From Lama guanicoe (taxonomy: Eukaryota): a DNA stretch of 64,000 nt. How positions within the stretch are numbered: position 1 is the first letter of the stretch; the number at the start of each line of letters is the position of its first letter. Both the position numbers and the translations under genes were made by a program. Shown piece by piece: positions 62,745 through 64,000 of the stretch. The stretch spans positions 380,490 to 444,489 of the forward strand of contig MU053379.1 in the NCBI GenBank assembly GCA_013239625.1, read 5' to 3'. A model generated the notes under the pieces. It searched no databases and was not told the origin of the DNA. It saw only the letters and a program-made list of their open reading frames with translations.

Positions 62745-63330
62745 TTTTCCAGCTAGCTCTTTGTTCCTGTTATCCTTTGCTGAGTAATAAACTGACCTAA
62801 AATTTGTGAGTATAAAGCAGAAACCCTTTTATTAGGCTCATGGACTTGGGATCAGAGATCAGACTGGGCACAGTGGGGATGGCTTGCTACAGTCCACATG
62901 GGAATTCAGTTGGGAAGGCTCTGTGTCTGAAGGATGACTAGAATGACTGGAGTCTGGAATCATCTGAAGTTTCTTCATTTATACATTTAGCACCTGAACT
63001 GGGATGACTTGAAGCCTGGACTCAGCCAGGATTGTCAACCAGATCACTGCACATACCCCTCAATGTGGCCTGGGCTTCCTCATTACATGGCAGCCTGGGA
63101 GTAGTTGAACTTCCTAAATGGTAGGTTAGAACTTTAAGAGCAAGTGTTCTGGTGAACAAGGCAGAAGCTGCAGGCCCAGCAGAAGTCACACTGCATCACT
63201 GCCACCATGTTCTTCTCATCAAGGCAGTCATGTTCTCCAGCTTCAAGAGTCGGGATCATAGACATCACTTCTCAATCGGTGGGAAAACGTGTCAAGAAAC
63301 CAGTGCCTATGTTTTAAAAATAACCACATC
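62745..63330 (-). mobile_element. MaLR LTR (MLT1-family), antisense
   Basis: GGGCACAGTGGGGATGGCTTG...GGAATCATCTGAAG...GGGCTTCCTCATTACATGGCAGC...AGAAGTCACACTGCATCACT. Confidence 0.7.
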
Positions 63331-63529
63331 CTTCAAAATTAAAACATTAGAAATACATACATTTTAATTAAGATTTAAAATATTGCCTTTGTCTGAATAT
63401 TCTTTCCTTCCTCCAGAAATTTCATGAAACCTTCCCGAGGTATTACTCTGACTGAAATAGCCTCTCCTTCGGATCCCAATGGCCCCTTGTCCATAACTCA
63501 TAACACATTACATCCTAACAACAAAACCA

Positions 63530-63760
63530 TTAGCTCATGTTTACTGAGTGCAGGCAGCATTCCAAGCACATCCCATGGGCTACCTCACTTAATCCCCATG
63601 ACAACAATGTGAAAAGGGGACATTTCCATTTTATAAGTGAATTAACAGAGGCCTAGAAGGGTTAAATAACTTTCTAAGTATCACACAGCAATTAAGGAAA
63701 AGGTTCAAAATTTAAACCAAGGTGATATGAGCCCAGAACTCAGGCTCTTAAACCACTCCA
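63530..63760 (-). mobile_element. MIR SINE
   Basis: TTTACTGAGTGC...CTCACTTAATCCCCATGACAAC...CCATTTTATAAGTGA...GGTTAAATAACTT...TCACACAGC. Confidence 0.75.
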
Positions 63761-64000
63761 CCACAGAGTACCCTTAATATGCTGCTGTGTTCAAATCTGC
63801 CTTCCCTGGTGGATTGTCAGCTATCTGCAGGCTGAGATGCTGTTGTATTTATCTTTGTTTTTCTAGCATCAAATACAGTGCCTGGCTTATAACAAGGATT
63901 AGAAAAATTCATAAAAGACACAAATGGGCAGTACAAAGTGAAAAAATTAAAATGTTCAATAAACACAGGAAAAGAGGCTCAAACTTTCAAAGTATTTAAA

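Larger units (their letters stand above)
39234..64000 (+). other. PCSK2: PCSK2 intron 1 (5' part; extends past the window)
   Basis: Starts at the GT donor at 39234; no sequence encoding the expected exon-2 peptide (LPFAEGLYHF...) is seen in the window or the ORF track. Confidence 0.85.

Noticed and set aside
62770..62790. CCTTTGCTGAG as the start of PCSK2 exon 2 (LPFAE)
   Set aside because: Immediately followed by TAA TAA, no further match, and it lies inside an MLT1 LTR.

Overview
Mammalian (not microbial) genomic DNA, very probably camelid (camel/alpaca/llama), judged from a tRNA-Ala-derived Vic-1-type SINE and young L1s. The only protein-coding gene supported is PCSK2 (prohormone convertase 2) on the + strand. 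The window holds its GC-rich promoter (~38.4-38.7 kb), 5' UTR and first coding exon (39057-39233: signal peptide plus start of the propeptide); intron 1 runs off the right end and exon 2 was not found. The first ~38 kb is intergenic and, like the intron, is dominated by transposon remnants (L1, L2, MIR, MaLR/ERVL/ERV1 LTRs, hAT MERs) and microsatellites; almost all other ORFs in the track are chance or repeat-derived. I see no evidence for a wholly new gene system. The best leads are: (1) a TSD-flanked 2.9-kb 'half-L1' with 5' UTR, ORF1 and 3' end but no ORF2 EN/RT, a candidate non-autonomous family; (2) a strong RE1/NRSE (REST) motif in PCSK2 intron 1; (3) two short uORFs in the PCSK2 leader; (4) Arg instead of the usual Pro at PCSK2 residue 28; (5) a clear twin-primed, 5'-inverted L1 inside a MIR; (6) an LTR with a periodic CCAAT/octamer array. 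Repeat family names come from recalled consensus motifs, not a database search, and the boundaries of old repeats are approximate.
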